From an uncultured bacterium (GTDB lineage: Bacteria > Abyssobacteria > SURF-5): a DNA stretch of 64,000 nt. Shown one piece after another: positions 37,086-47,118 of this stretch (position 1 is the stretch's first letter; the number at the start of each line of letters is the position of its first letter). The DNA is taken from contig CAYVQZ010000011.1 of assembly GCA_964453435.1 (NCBI GenBank), positions 9,235 through 73,234 on the forward strand, in the 5' to 3' direction. The notes below the pieces were generated by a model. The model searched no databases. It was not told the origin of the DNA and saw nothing but the letters and a program-made list of their open reading frames with translations. Made by a program: the position numbers and the translations under genes.

Positions 37086-39485
37086 ATGGACTCGAAGCAA
37101 ATTCGCTCATCATTCGAACAAAACGCCGCGCGTGTCCGGGAATTTTTTGGGAGGCTGCGATTAAAAGGGGAGCGGCCCCGCAAGAAGAAATGGCGCCGAT
37201 GGCTGGGGTTCGCGGCGGCGTCCTGTTTCCTTGCAGCCGTGAGCCTCCTCCTCTACTGCTGGAGCCTTTCGGTTCAGATTGATAAACGGTTCTCGGGCCG
37301 ACGTTGGAGCATTCCGTCGAAGGTCTACTCCGACACGACTATCCTTTTCCCCGGCCAGGAAATAAATCCGTCCCTTTTTCATGAAAAGCTCCGACGCCTC
37401 GGCTATCGGGAAGTGTCACACCCGCCGGCGCGGAAGGGAGAGATGCAGGTCTCGGCCTCCGAAATCCGGCTGTGCCTGAACGACCTGAACGTTCCGGGGC
37501 GCGAAAGAGAGGGTTTTCCCGCCACGCTGCGTATGTGGAGGGGGCGTATCGAATCGATCATTCGCGCGGACACAAGTGAGTCGGTCCCGATTCTGGAACT
37601 CGAACCGGAAGAGATAACGCTGTTTTTCGGGTCGGAACGAGAACGGCGCCGCTTGGTCTCCATCGACCAGGTTCCGCAGCATCTCGTGTACGCCGTTATG
37701 GCGGCGGAAGACAGGCGTTTTTATGAGCACCACGGCCTCGACCCCCGTGGAATCGCCCGCGCGTTTCTGACCAATATGCGTCACGGCGAAATTCGACAGG
37801 GCGGCTCGACGATTACCCAGCAACTCGCGAAATGCTACTTCCTCACCCCGAAGAGAACCATTTCCCGCAAGTTCACGGAACTCATAATGTCACTTCTCAT
37901 CGAAACCAAGTATGAGAAAGACGAGATAATGGAAATCTATCTGAATGAGATTTACCTCGGCCAAAAGGGGTCGGTCTCAATCAATGGAGTCGCCGAGGCT
38001 TCCCAATTTTACTTTGCGAAACCGGTTGCGGAACTGTCTCTCGCCGAGGCTGCAACGATTGCCGCGCTCATTAAGGCGCCCAATGCCTATTCGCCTTACA
38101 TCAACGAAGAGAATTGCAGAAAGCGGCGCAATGCCGTTCTCCATTCGATGTACAGAAACGGATGGATATCGGAGGAGGAATTCCATTCCACGTCGCTCGT
38201 GCCTGTCACCACTTCCGGCTACGCGGTCTACGAAAAGAAAGCGCCGTACTTCATCGATTATCTTTCCGAGCAGCTCAACGCCTTGTATTCGCCCGAGGCC
38301 CTGTCCAGCCTCGGACTCTCCATTCACACTACATTGGACACGCAGGTTCAAATGGCGGCGGAGGACGCGCTGCAAAAAGTGCTCGTAAACCTGGAGGAAT
38401 CGAACCCGGCTCTCAAACGAGCCGAGCCGCAGAAAAGTCTGCAGGGCGCCGTGATTGTCATGCAGCCGAAGACAGGCTATATCCTTGCGCTGGTTGGGGG
38501 TCGTGATTACGGAGCAAGCCAGTTCAACCGCATTACCAGGGCTCGGCGGCAGCCGGGCAGCGCGTTCAAGCCTTTCGTTTACCTCAGCGCTCTCGACCGG
38601 TTCACCCCCGCTTCCCTGGTCTCGAACCAGCCGAAAACTTATGTGGTCAATAAAACGGTTTGGGAACCGCAAAACTTCACGCCCGTGCCGGAGCCTGAGG
38701 TGATCCTGAGCACCGCCCTTGCGCAATCAATTAATGTGGCCACCGTCGACTTGGCGATGAAGGTTGGGCTGGAACATGTCGTAAGGACCGCTTCCGACTT
38801 CGGATTCTCAACTCCAATGAAACCATATCCGTCACTGTCGCTCGGGGCCTTCGAAGTGATTCCCCTCGAGTTGGCCCGCGCCTATTGCGCCTTTGCCGCG
38901 GATGGCGTGCTGCCGTACCCTCTTTCCCTCAAAGAGGTGGTGGACGAGAGCGGCGATGTGCTCGAGAGAAGACACATGACGATCGACCGAGTGATTTCTC
39001 CTCAGAAAGCTTATATAATGGTTTCCATGCTGGAGGACGTGGTTAACCGCGGAACGGCGCGACCGCTTCGGCGCAGCGGCATTTCCTTTCCCGTCGCCGG
39101 GAAAACGGGGACAACCAATGATTTCAGAGACGCATGGTTCGTCGGATTCACCCCCGATATCCTTGCCCTCGTCTGGATAGGTTTCGATGATGAAGAATCG
39201 ATTTATGCCACTGGGTCCACTGCTGCTCTCCCCGTGTGGGCGGAGATCATGAAGTCGATTCCGCAGCATGTCTCAGGCTCATGGTTCAGGATGCCGTCGG
39301 GGCTCGTCAGGAAAGCCATTTGTCCTCAGACAGGGCTGCTCGCAAACCGCTATGCGTGCCCGGACCCAACCGAAGAAGTCTTCCTGAAAGGAGGCGAGCC
39401 CGAACATCCCTGTCCCGTCCACACACGTATCAATCGGCTGCGGCAAATCATCGATGAAGGCAGGAATGCTATCAATAACCTTTAG
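37086..39485 (+). CDS. mrcA: Penicillin-binding protein 1A family (bifunctional transglycosylase/transpeptidase)
   Basis: GT51 transglycosylase motifs (EDRRFYEHHGLD, GGSTITQQLAK). Transpeptidase SxxK (SAFKPF), SxN and KTG (AGKTGTTN). N-terminal transmembrane helix WLGFAAASCFLAAVSLLLY. The track ORF begins at 36933. Confidence 0.85.
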   Translation: MDSKQIRSSFEQNAARVREFFGRLRLKGERPRKKKWRRWLGFAAASCFLAAVSLLLYCWSLSVQIDKRFSGRRWSIPSKVYSDTTILFPGQEINPSLFHEKLRRLGYREVSHPPARKGEMQVSASEIRLCLNDLNVPGREREGFPATLRMWRGRIESIIRADTSESVPILELEPEEITLFFGSERERRRLVSIDQVPQHLVYAVMAAEDRRFYEHHGLDPRGIARAFLTNMRHGEIRQGGSTITQQLAKCYFLTPKRTISRKFTELIMSLLIETKYEKDEIMEIYLNEIYLGQKGSVSINGVAEASQFYFAKPVAELSLAEAATIAALIKAPNAYSPYINEENCRKRRNAVLHSMYRNGWISEEEFHSTSLVPVTTSGYAVYEKKAPYFIDYLSEQLNALYSPEALSSLGLSIHTTLDTQVQMAAEDALQKVLVNLEESNPALKRAEPQKSLQGAVIVMQPKTGYILALVGGRDYGASQFNRITRARRQPGSAFKPFVYLSALDRFTPASLVSNQPKTYVVNKTVWEPQNFTPVPEPEVILSTALAQSINVATVDLAMKVGLEHVVRTASDFGFSTPMKPYPSLSLGAFEVIPLELARAYCAFAADGVLPYPLSLKEVVDESGDVLERRHMTIDRVISPQKAYIMVSMLEDVVNRGTARPLRRSGISFPVAGKTGTTNDFRDAWFVGFTPDILALVWIGFDDEESIYATGSTAALPVWAEIMKSIPQHVSGSWFRMPSGLVRKAICPQTGLLANRYACPDPTEEVFLKGGEPEHPCPVHTRINRLRQIIDEGRNAINNL

Positions 39486-39894
39486 ACTTGTGTTCCTAAT
39501 AATAATGGGTCTCCTGGTAACCGTTCCGGCAGGTTGTTCGGTTTCGTATAGGCCGCCGCAACCGGATCGCCCCGGCAGCGTAAATGAACGCCGCCCGCCG
39601 GAGGACCCGCGAGCAACGGCTTCCCTTCAGTTGACACGGCAGGGCCGGGAACTTCTCGAAAGCGGGCGGCCCGACGACGCAATCAGCATGCTCGAACGCG
39701 CCGTTGGCATCGGCCCGACTAACGGCCAGAATTACTATTACCTGGCTGAGGCATGGATTCAAAAAGGCGACCCCGCACAGGCGGAGGAGTTCAATCGGCT
39801 GGCGGCTATCTATCTGGAGGCCGACCCCGAATGGATGGCACGGGTCGAGGAACAACGGCTCCGAATCGAAGAGGTTCGTCCGCCCGAATTTTGA
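39454..39894 (+). CDS. TPR-repeat lipoprotein (hypothetical)
   Basis: Signal peptide with lipobox VPAGC. TPR-like helices (DAISMLERAVGIGPTNGQNYYYLAEAWIQKGDPAQAEEF). The start may be the internal Met at ~39505. Confidence 0.5.
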   Translation: MKAGMLSITFRLVFLIIMGLLVTVPAGCSVSYRPPQPDRPGSVNERRPPEDPRATASLQLTRQGRELLESGRPDDAISMLERAVGIGPTNGQNYYYLAEAWIQKGDPAQAEEFNRLAAIYLEADPEWMARVEEQRLRIEEVRPPEF

Positions 39895-39910
39895 GCAGGA
39901 GACCAAACCG

Positions 39911-39940
39911 AGGCGCAGCCACCCTGCGCCGCTTTTTTCT
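39911..39940 (+). terminator. Intrinsic terminator (GGCGCAG-CCACC-CTGCGCC followed by TTTTTT)
   Basis: Perfect 7-bp GC stem plus a T-run directly downstream of the TPR lipoprotein gene. Confidence 0.5.
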
Positions 39941-40106
39941 GTGCGTAGCGAAGACTCTCGATTATTTTCCCGGCGAAGACAAAAATCCCCCATTGTGATA
40001 ACATCCTGTCGTGGTGTCTGAACGGTAAAGAACCCCGTGATAATAACGAGCCGAGCCGGTGTTAAAGCATATGGTTCAACAAGTTCTTTTCTGAAGGAGC
40101 CGCTCA

Positions 40107-41309
40107 ATGAAACGATCAGAATCCGGTCAATCCGCGGACGTCAGAATCGTCCAAATCGAACTGACACCCCTGTTTGTTCCGTTTCAGGAAAACGTTAAAC
40201 AGGCCATGCAGTCAGCCGGCGGCGCCGGACTCGGAATGGCCATTGCTGCGGAAGAGCGATGGCTCGGGGGCGATTTCGTCATCTGCAGGCTGATTGCTGA
40301 CGACGGCAGTGTCGGCCTCGGCGAGGCGTTTGTCTGGCTTCCGGAAACAGGGGCGCATCCGGACCAGATCATTTCCATCATCGGACATTCGCTTGCCGAC
40401 TACGTGCTGGGAGAGAGCCCGTTTAACGTCGAGCGTATCCGCCACCGGATGGATGCCAACGTCGCCCGGAACGAGGTCGCAAAGGGAATCCTCGATATGG
40501 CGTGTTACGACGTGATGGGCAGAATTTCTGGCCGTCCCGCATGCGATTTTATGGGTGGAAAGACCGTCGACCGGATTCCGCTGGCGGCTCTGATTCCTCT
40601 CATGGAGGTCGATTCGATGGTCGGCCTCGCCGAAACGTTCGCCAACGCCGGTTATCGTACCATTCGCGTCAAACTCGGCCTGAGCATCTCTCAGGATGTT
40701 CGGACCATTGAATGCATGCGCGAGACGATGGGCGACGAGATTCGCATCCGGGTCGATTACAATCAAGCGTACACGCCTGCAGAGGCGGTTCGCGCAATCA
40801 ACATGCTCGAGCCGTTCGGGATCGACTACGCCGAACAACCTGTCGGCGCGACTGATTACGTCGGGATGGCGCACGTTCAAAGCAGGGTGAACGTCCCGCT
40901 CATGGCGCACGAAGGCTGTTTTTCGCTGGCGGACATAGTTCATCTTGCCGAACTCAGAGCGATCGGTGTCGTCGGCATCAACTCCGAGCGCCCCGGCGGC
41001 GTGACAAACGCGCTCCGCGCGATCTCGCTTGCGGAACAGCGGGGGATGGGGGTCGCGTTGCACAACCAGCCGCTCGGCATCGCATCGGCCATGCACATTC
41101 ACCTCGCCGCTGCCAGGTATCACTCACTCGGCCACGCCACGGAACTGTTCGGCCACTTCATGCTCGAAGACGACCTCATCGTCGCCCCGATCGACTATGC
41201 GGAAGGATTCGCGGTTGTTCCCCGCGGTCCCGGCTGGGGTGTCGCCCTTGACGAAGCTGCGCTTGCCAAATACGCCAGGGGCAAAACCGTAAAGCTGAAG
41301 GCCAAATGA
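40107..41309 (+). CDS. Enolase-superfamily enzyme, mandelate racemase/muconate lactonizing enzyme family
   Basis: 400 aa. MR_MLE N-terminal capping domain plus TIM-barrel with the conserved metal-ligand pattern (KVKLG..., DYNQAY, ...EQP). Confidence 0.8.
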   Translation: MKRSESGQSADVRIVQIELTPLFVPFQENVKQAMQSAGGAGLGMAIAAEERWLGGDFVICRLIADDGSVGLGEAFVWLPETGAHPDQIISIIGHSLADYVLGESPFNVERIRHRMDANVARNEVAKGILDMACYDVMGRISGRPACDFMGGKTVDRIPLAALIPLMEVDSMVGLAETFANAGYRTIRVKLGLSISQDVRTIECMRETMGDEIRIRVDYNQAYTPAEAVRAINMLEPFGIDYAEQPVGATDYVGMAHVQSRVNVPLMAHEGCFSLADIVHLAELRAIGVVGINSERPGGVTNALRAISLAEQRGMGVALHNQPLGIASAMHIHLAAARYHSLGHATELFGHFMLEDDLIVAPIDYAEGFAVVPRGPGWGVALDEAALAKYARGKTVKLKAK

Positions 41310-41400
41310 TTTGAGGCCGCAGAATCACCAGGCGCTCAAGAATTCGGAAACACAATAGTAGTGTCCCGGGAACATGATGGAAATACAATGAACGTATCCG

Positions 41401-42897
41401 CTAGCCGGCGCATTCTGCATTCACTTCCGCCCATTCGCTCTTGCCACCGTTTTTGTCGACAGCGCGCACACGGTAGGTATTCAGCCCTTGAGCCGCGTCG
41501 GCGTCCCGATATGTGAAGGGCTGTCGGGTTGTCTGCGGCCGGTGGAGCGCTTCACCGAGCATGCGTTCGCTGCTGTAGATTTCATAGTGGGAGAGCGGGG
41601 CCCTTCCGGCATAGCTTGTTTCCCAGGCAAGATAAACGGCGGGGGTTCCGCTGATGTGTTCCCGGTACCCGCTGTCCGGCATGGCCCTCAGCCCTTGCGG
41701 CGGCGTAAGCCCGAGCGACGGCCTCTGGAAGTAGTTCGTGCCAGTGCCGACTGCTTCGGCCGTCATCCGCTCGATCTCCCGCATCTCGTCGCCTGAGAGG
41801 GGCTCGCGCACCTGTGCCGCCTCGATATTCGCGGTGAGCTGGTCCTCTGCCGGATCGTCGGATGCGGCAATGTGGCCGATACCGATTATCACACAATCCA
41901 CACCGGGAACACTCAATGAATACCGAATCAGTGGAGCCGACGGAAGGTTCTTCGACCCGACACCCATATACACATCATGCGGCTCGTTCGAAAATGAGTT
42001 CGATTCTCGGCCATAGTACTTGGCGTCGGCAAACACCTTCATTCCGATAACTCCCATTCCCTTTGCCTTCGCCACGGGAATCACGTTGTGCTGGTGGTTG
42101 AAATAATGTCTGTCATTCGAGTTGATGGCCACGAGGAGCGTGTCGAAGATGCCCACGTCGTCCCTTTGGATCGCCTCCATCAGCGCGGGCGAGTTCCAGT
42201 GTCCGGTGATTCCGATATGCCGGACCAGCTTCTCTTCAGCCGGATTCACCCCCGTCCGATTCGTGCCGTCGCGGAGGTCCAGGAGGCCCGCCAGGGTTCC
42301 AATATGCTCGGCCCGCGGGTCCGGCTCAGGAAGCCCCTCAAAAATCGCGTCGATTTCCTCAATCGTATTGATGTTGTGTACTTGCACGAGGTCGAGATAA
42401 GCGTCCTCGGGATAGTTCCCCTTTCCATCGCCGAACATCTGCGACAATGAGCGCCTCACATCGTCCACCGCCGTCCTCACCCAACCTCCGTTCGAGGCGG
42501 GGTTCGGCCCAAGGTCACCATCGGCCGTGACCGCGCGGCGCATGTGGGTCTTCGTTGCCAGGAAAATTGTCTTTCGGAGTTTTCTGTCATAATCCGGTGT
42601 GTCCGGGACCAGGTGCAGCCGCCGAAAGGCCTTTCCATAGGTCAACTGGCTCGGGCCGTAAATGTTCGAGGTGTCGAAATACGATATACCCCGTTCTAAC
42701 GCTTTCAGAATTATCTGCGTTCCATCGGTTCCCGGTCTCGGCCACTGTATGGAAGCCTGTCCGCCGAGCCCGAAGGTGGTGACGGCACGCGCCGTTTTGC
42801 CGAGAGTTCTCGTCAACAGCTTGTTGTTCTTGCTTCCGGCCGCCGCTTTGACCTTGCCTGTTCTCCGGCCTTTCTCAATGGGACCTTCTGTCTTCAT
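41401..42897 (-). CDS. Aldo/keto reductase with C-terminal fibronectin-III-like extension
   Basis: AKR N-terminus LGKTARAVTTFGLGGQ, with an RBS before the ATG at 42895-42897. A ~100-aa beta-rich C-terminal tail (TYRVRAVDKNGGKSEWAEV) resembles an FN3 domain. Confidence 0.6.
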   Translation of the reverse strand: MKTEGPIEKGRRTGKVKAAAGSKNNKLLTRTLGKTARAVTTFGLGGQASIQWPRPGTDGTQIILKALERGISYFDTSNIYGPSQLTYGKAFRRLHLVPDTPDYDRKLRKTIFLATKTHMRRAVTADGDLGPNPASNGGWVRTAVDDVRRSLSQMFGDGKGNYPEDAYLDLVQVHNINTIEEIDAIFEGLPEPDPRAEHIGTLAGLLDLRDGTNRTGVNPAEEKLVRHIGITGHWNSPALMEAIQRDDVGIFDTLLVAINSNDRHYFNHQHNVIPVAKAKGMGVIGMKVFADAKYYGRESNSFSNEPHDVYMGVGSKNLPSAPLIRYSLSVPGVDCVIIGIGHIAASDDPAEDQLTANIEAAQVREPLSGDEMREIERMTAEAVGTGTNYFQRPSLGLTPPQGLRAMPDSGYREHISGTPAVYLAWETSYAGRAPLSHYEIYSSERMLGEALHRPQTTRQPFTYRDADAAQGLNTYRVRAVDKNGGKSEWAEVNAECAG

Positions 42898-42994
42898 TTT
42901 TTTCTCCCCCGTCCGGTTATACAGGATGAACAATAATCTCGGTTCATACTTCCTTATCAAAAGTATGCAGAAAATTCTTGGTCGGCGACACACC

Positions 42995-43160
42995 CGACAT
43001 GAAATTGCCTCGGGGTTTGGTAATTTGTGCTTCCGGGACAGCGAGTGTGTCCGATAATTTCATCTGGCGGCTCTCTGCTCGAGACAGTCCCGAATCTATC
43101 CCGCGAAGCGCGGGACTCCGCGTTCGTAATTCTTGGGACAGTACCCTTTACAGTGCGTAA
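42995..43160. repeat. MITE-like mosaic intergenic repeat, copy D (short form)
   Basis: GAGTGTGTCCGATAATT terminus, GAGACAGTCCCGAATCTATCCCGCGAAGCGCGGGAC, GGGACAGTACCC. Lies between the 3' end of the FHA-GAF kinase gene and the AKR gene start. Confidence 0.55.
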
Positions 43161-43399
43161 TATTATCTTTTCATGCAGGGACGTCATTCCGGATGGTGTC
43201 TCCGAAGGATCTCTTTTGTTGCGCGGCGTCACATCGGCGCCGGCCGCATGAAAGTCACAGCAAAAACGCGTGAATTTGCAAAATGAAAGTCTTCGTGGCG
43301 GTTCGCGTTGCGGGAAAAACGCATCCAGCATTTGGGCAGGCGCAGCAGGGTTGCCGAGGAAAGAAGAGAATCCCTCAGGAAAGCCGTGGGTGTCGCGGC

Positions 43400-45076
43400 T
43401 CAGGGCCGCAATGCGCCGGGAAGAGAAAAAGTGAAAGCGCTGCCTTTGCCGGGCTCGCTCTCAAGCCAAATGCTCCCGCCAAGCGCTTCGACGGCCATTT
43501 TACAGAATGCCAGACCGAGCCCGGTGTCTGTTTGATGGCCGAGCTCCCTGAGGCCCGCCTGGAAGAACTTTTCGAAAATCTTCTCATGGTATTCGCGCGG
43601 GATTCCCTCACCGAAGTCTTTTATCGAAAACAGCACACAGTTTTCTTCGCGAGCCGGAGCGATGCTGACGAGTATCTTGCCCTCGGCAAGGGAATGTTTG
43701 ATGGCGTTGGACAGAATGTTGGCGAGGATGCGTTCCAGCAAACTTTCGTCACAAAAGATTTCTCGGATAGCCGAATCGGCTGATATGCTCACGGTTTTGG
43801 CGTCGCGCTCGATGATTGCGGCATAGCGGTTGACCGTTCGTTGAACCAGGCCCGAAGGGTCAAGCCATTTCTTCTCGATTTGGATGGCGCCGCTTTCCAG
43901 GCGTGAGATTTCGAGCAAATTCGTGATCATCTCCGAAAGCTTGAACTGGTTGCGCTTGGCCAGTTGAAGGTAATCGCTTTGTTGGTCGGCCGGCGTATCC
44001 CTCGCGGTCATCAAGAGCATGTCGAGGGCCATCATGGTGTTCGTGACCGGGTTTTTCATATCGTGAACGACCATGTTAATGAGGTCTTCCTTCAACGCTT
44101 CCAATTCCATCAATTTCCGGTTCGTCTCGCGCATCTCCTCGTTGACGGCTTCGAGTATTCTCATTTGAAGGTTTTCTTCATAGAGCCGAATGTTGTCGAG
44201 CGCCACCCCGGTTGAACTGGCAACCATGGTGAGAAGCTGTAAATGCTCATCCGTGAAATGGCCCTTTGCGCCGCGATGGTCTATGTAGATAATGCCCAGC
44301 GTTTCCTTTCGCCCCCGGATCGGAACGCACATAGCCGACTTGATGTGTCCGTGGAGGATGCTGGCCTTTCCCGAAAAACGCCTGTCCGCGGGCGCATCCG
44401 AGGTTATAATTGACTCCTCCTGTTCGAGCACTCTCGTGGCGATAGTACGGCTGAACGCAACGTCGGAGGAATCCTCTGCGCTCTCACCCTCTCTCTTTTT
44501 TGCCGCTGCGAGCTGAAGCTCGCCGCTGGTGTCGAGAAGCATGATGTAGCCGCGGTCCGCATCGAAAATCGGGAAAATGATATCAAGAATTTTTTTGAAT
44601 AGTTCCTGCGTGTCGAAGATAGACGAGATAAGGCCGCTGATTTCGTATACTCGCTTGAGGTTTTCGTGCGCCTGCCTCAACTCTTCAATGCTTTTCGGGG
44701 AGGGGGTATCCGGTCTGAAGGAGCCGATTATCTCTTTTGAATCCCTGCGCTTTGTCGGAACCTTTTTCTCCTCGCCTTCTTCGGGAATTGGGGCGTCCAC
44801 GTAACGCAGGCGGGTCTTGCCCAAAACAATTTCATCGTTATCTCGAAGGCGGCGGCGCTCTATCTTGATTCCGTTGACATACGTGCCGTTGGCGGACTCC
44901 AAGTCTTCGATGAAATAAGCGTCGTTTACACGAGTGATAAGCGCGTGGCGGGAGGATACCGTGTCGTCCTTGATTCTAATGTCGTTCTGAGGGGACCGCC
45001 CGATCGTAAAACGGTCCGACCGAATGGGGAAAATGGCGCCTTTTTTCGTGCCGGCTTCAAGTTTGAAGAAAGGCAT
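43400..45076 (-). CDS. FHA domain - GAF domain - histidine kinase (orphan sensor kinase)
   Basis: 558 aa. N-terminal FHA (RFTIGRSPQNDIRIKDDTVSSRHALI...NGTYVNG). Central GAF domain. HisKA H-box HDMKNPV. HATPase_c with G-boxes (DFGEGIP, GLGLAFCK). No transmembrane segment and no adjacent response regulator. Confidence 0.8.
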   Translation of the reverse strand: MPFFKLEAGTKKGAIFPIRSDRFTIGRSPQNDIRIKDDTVSSRHALITRVNDAYFIEDLESANGTYVNGIKIERRRLRDNDEIVLGKTRLRYVDAPIPEEGEEKKVPTKRRDSKEIIGSFRPDTPSPKSIEELRQAHENLKRVYEISGLISSIFDTQELFKKILDIIFPIFDADRGYIMLLDTSGELQLAAAKKREGESAEDSSDVAFSRTIATRVLEQEESIITSDAPADRRFSGKASILHGHIKSAMCVPIRGRKETLGIIYIDHRGAKGHFTDEHLQLLTMVASSTGVALDNIRLYEENLQMRILEAVNEEMRETNRKLMELEALKEDLINMVVHDMKNPVTNTMMALDMLLMTARDTPADQQSDYLQLAKRNQFKLSEMITNLLEISRLESGAIQIEKKWLDPSGLVQRTVNRYAAIIERDAKTVSISADSAIREIFCDESLLERILANILSNAIKHSLAEGKILVSIAPAREENCVLFSIKDFGEGIPREYHEKIFEKFFQAGLRELGHQTDTGLGLAFCKMAVEALGGSIWLESEPGKGSAFTFSLPGALRP

Positions 45077-45199
45077 TTTCGCTATGCTGCGTGTTCGGAT
45101 TCCCGAAAAACATCGGCGATGTGTTTTCTTGAACTTTGCGCTCCCACCTCTTCAGGATACGGGGAAACGGACGAGCCGCCTCTGCGCCAGGCCTTCGAG

Positions 45200-45436
45200 C
45201 GCCCCAGAAATTTGCGTGCCCCGCGTGAAACGATGGAGGCGAGAACTGTCAGGCTGTCCGATAATTCATTAGCGCGCGCTTCGGGGACAGTCCCGATTCT
45301 ACGGCTCTTCGTGCCCGTAAATCTGGGACAGTCCCCTGCGCTCTCGTTTTCGGTCAAGCACATAATTGTCGGACAGATACAGAGTCCCTTTCGCCGGCGT
45401 TTCGGCAGAAAATGTGATTATCGGACAGTTTCGCTA
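45200..45436. repeat. MITE-like mosaic intergenic repeat, copy E
   Basis: Modules seen directly: GGCTGTCCGATAATTC, CGGGGACAGTCCCGATTCTACGG, TTCGTGCCCGTAAATCTGGGACAGTCCCCTGCGCTC, and inverted ends ATAATTGTCGGACAG / GATTATCGGACAG. Lies upstream of the kinase gene start. Confidence 0.55.
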
Positions 45437-45576
45437 TCAGACTGTTTAGCCAGATTATATATTATGCCGAAAGATTTAGCAAACGCTCAGCGTCGCTGAT
45501 CGAGCAGTGTCGATACATTACGGGAGAAGACAACCGAGTTTTCCGGTGGCAAACATTGTCCTGTCGGTCCGAATCC

Positions 45577-47055
45577 TTATGACACCGGATGCGCCTTTCG
45601 CGCCATCGCGTGTTCATAGAGGCTCAAATAGTCAGCGGCCGCCCGGTCCCACGAAAAATCGGCTTGCATTCCGTTCTGCATCATTCGAAGCCAGTCGCCT
45701 TTTCGATGGGTGTAATAGTGAATCGCTCCGGCCAGCGCTTCACCGAAGGCCTGCGGAGTGGGCTCATAAAACTTGAACCCGTTCCCTTCTCCGGTGTCGG
45801 GATTGTATTCACGCACGGTGTCGTCCAGTCCGCCGGTTCCGCGCACAACGGGAACGGCTCCGTATCGAAGGCTGAACATCTGGTTCAGGCCGCATGGTTC
45901 GTAAAGCGAGGGCATAACGAACATATCGGCTGCGGCTTCCACCCGGTGCACCACGGAGGAGTCGTATGATATGTGTTCGCCGACGATTGCCGCAAATTTG
46001 CCCGCATATCTGCTTGCGAGATTGCGCGCCCTGTCTTCGGCGGCCGGGTCGCCGGCGCCCACGAGCAGGAATTGCACGTCCACATCCGCAAGCGCGTCAA
46101 TCACCGCATCGATGAGGTGCATTCCCTTTTGGACGCTCAGCCGCATAATGGTTGCAAGAAGGGGAACATCATCCCTCGGGGCGAGCCCGAGTTGGGATTG
46201 GACATGCCGTTTGCAGACCGCCTTGCCCGACAGGTCATCCACATGATACCGAGAGGGGATGAACGGGTCCGTGGCGGGGTTCCACTCGTCCGTATCGATG
46301 CCGTTGAGAATGCCGAACAGGTCGCCGGCGCGATGTCGGAACAACTCCTCCAGGCCATGGCCATGAGGCGCGAACTTGATTTCTTCGCTGTACCTGGGAC
46401 TGACCGTGGTGATGATGTCGGAGCACATAACGCCGATTCTCAGGAAATTCAATTCGTCCCCCTGCGTGAAGCCGAATGCGGGGTCGGTCAGGTTGCTCGG
46501 CAGGCCGGCATGCGCGAATTCCTGCATGTGGAATCGTCCCTGATACCCCGGGTTATGGACCGTAAGAACGGTCGTGACGGGCAGAGGGCGTATATAGGTG
46601 TTGTAAGCCAGCACGTAGGCGGGGATGAGCGCGGTGTGCCAATCGTGACAATGAAGGACATCCGGCCAAAAATTCAACTTGTTGCACAGTTCGACTACCG
46701 CCCGCGAAAAGAAAATGAACCGTTCCGCATTATCCGGATAGTCCCGTCCGTGTTCCTGGTATGGATAGGTTCTCCCGAAATACCTCGGGTTGGATAGGAG
46801 GTACACCGGAACATCGCCGGCGCACTGCCACACTTCCGCCCATTCGGCGCCGCCTCCTACCGGCACTTCAGCAGCGAAACCCGTCGGAACGACGCGCCCG
46901 TTCGCCGTGTCGATGCAGCCGTATTTCGGTAGAACAACAGAGACGTCCGCCCGCCCCGATTTCTGCAGGACCCGGGGCAGGTTGCCGACGACATCGGCCA
47001 GCCCGCCCGTTTTGACGAACGGAACCCCTTCCGACGCTGCAAATAATACCTTCAT
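45577..47055 (-). CDS. glgA: Glycogen (starch) synthase, ADP-glucose type
   Basis: N-terminus MKVLFAASEGVPFVKTGGLADVVGNLP, the KTGGL motif. GT5 plus GT1 domains. The track ORF extends 20 codons further upstream. Confidence 0.9.
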   Translation of the reverse strand: MKVLFAASEGVPFVKTGGLADVVGNLPRVLQKSGRADVSVVLPKYGCIDTANGRVVPTGFAAEVPVGGGAEWAEVWQCAGDVPVYLLSNPRYFGRTYPYQEHGRDYPDNAERFIFFSRAVVELCNKLNFWPDVLHCHDWHTALIPAYVLAYNTYIRPLPVTTVLTVHNPGYQGRFHMQEFAHAGLPSNLTDPAFGFTQGDELNFLRIGVMCSDIITTVSPRYSEEIKFAPHGHGLEELFRHRAGDLFGILNGIDTDEWNPATDPFIPSRYHVDDLSGKAVCKRHVQSQLGLAPRDDVPLLATIMRLSVQKGMHLIDAVIDALADVDVQFLLVGAGDPAAEDRARNLASRYAGKFAAIVGEHISYDSSVVHRVEAAADMFVMPSLYEPCGLNQMFSLRYGAVPVVRGTGGLDDTVREYNPDTGEGNGFKFYEPTPQAFGEALAGAIHYYTHRKGDWLRMMQNGMQADFSWDRAAADYLSLYEHAMARKAHPVS

Positions 47056-47118
47056 CTCCGTGCCCTCCGAATGGTCTGGTCTTCCGGTTATGAGGCGCTC
47101 GCCGCACCCGCGCACCGG

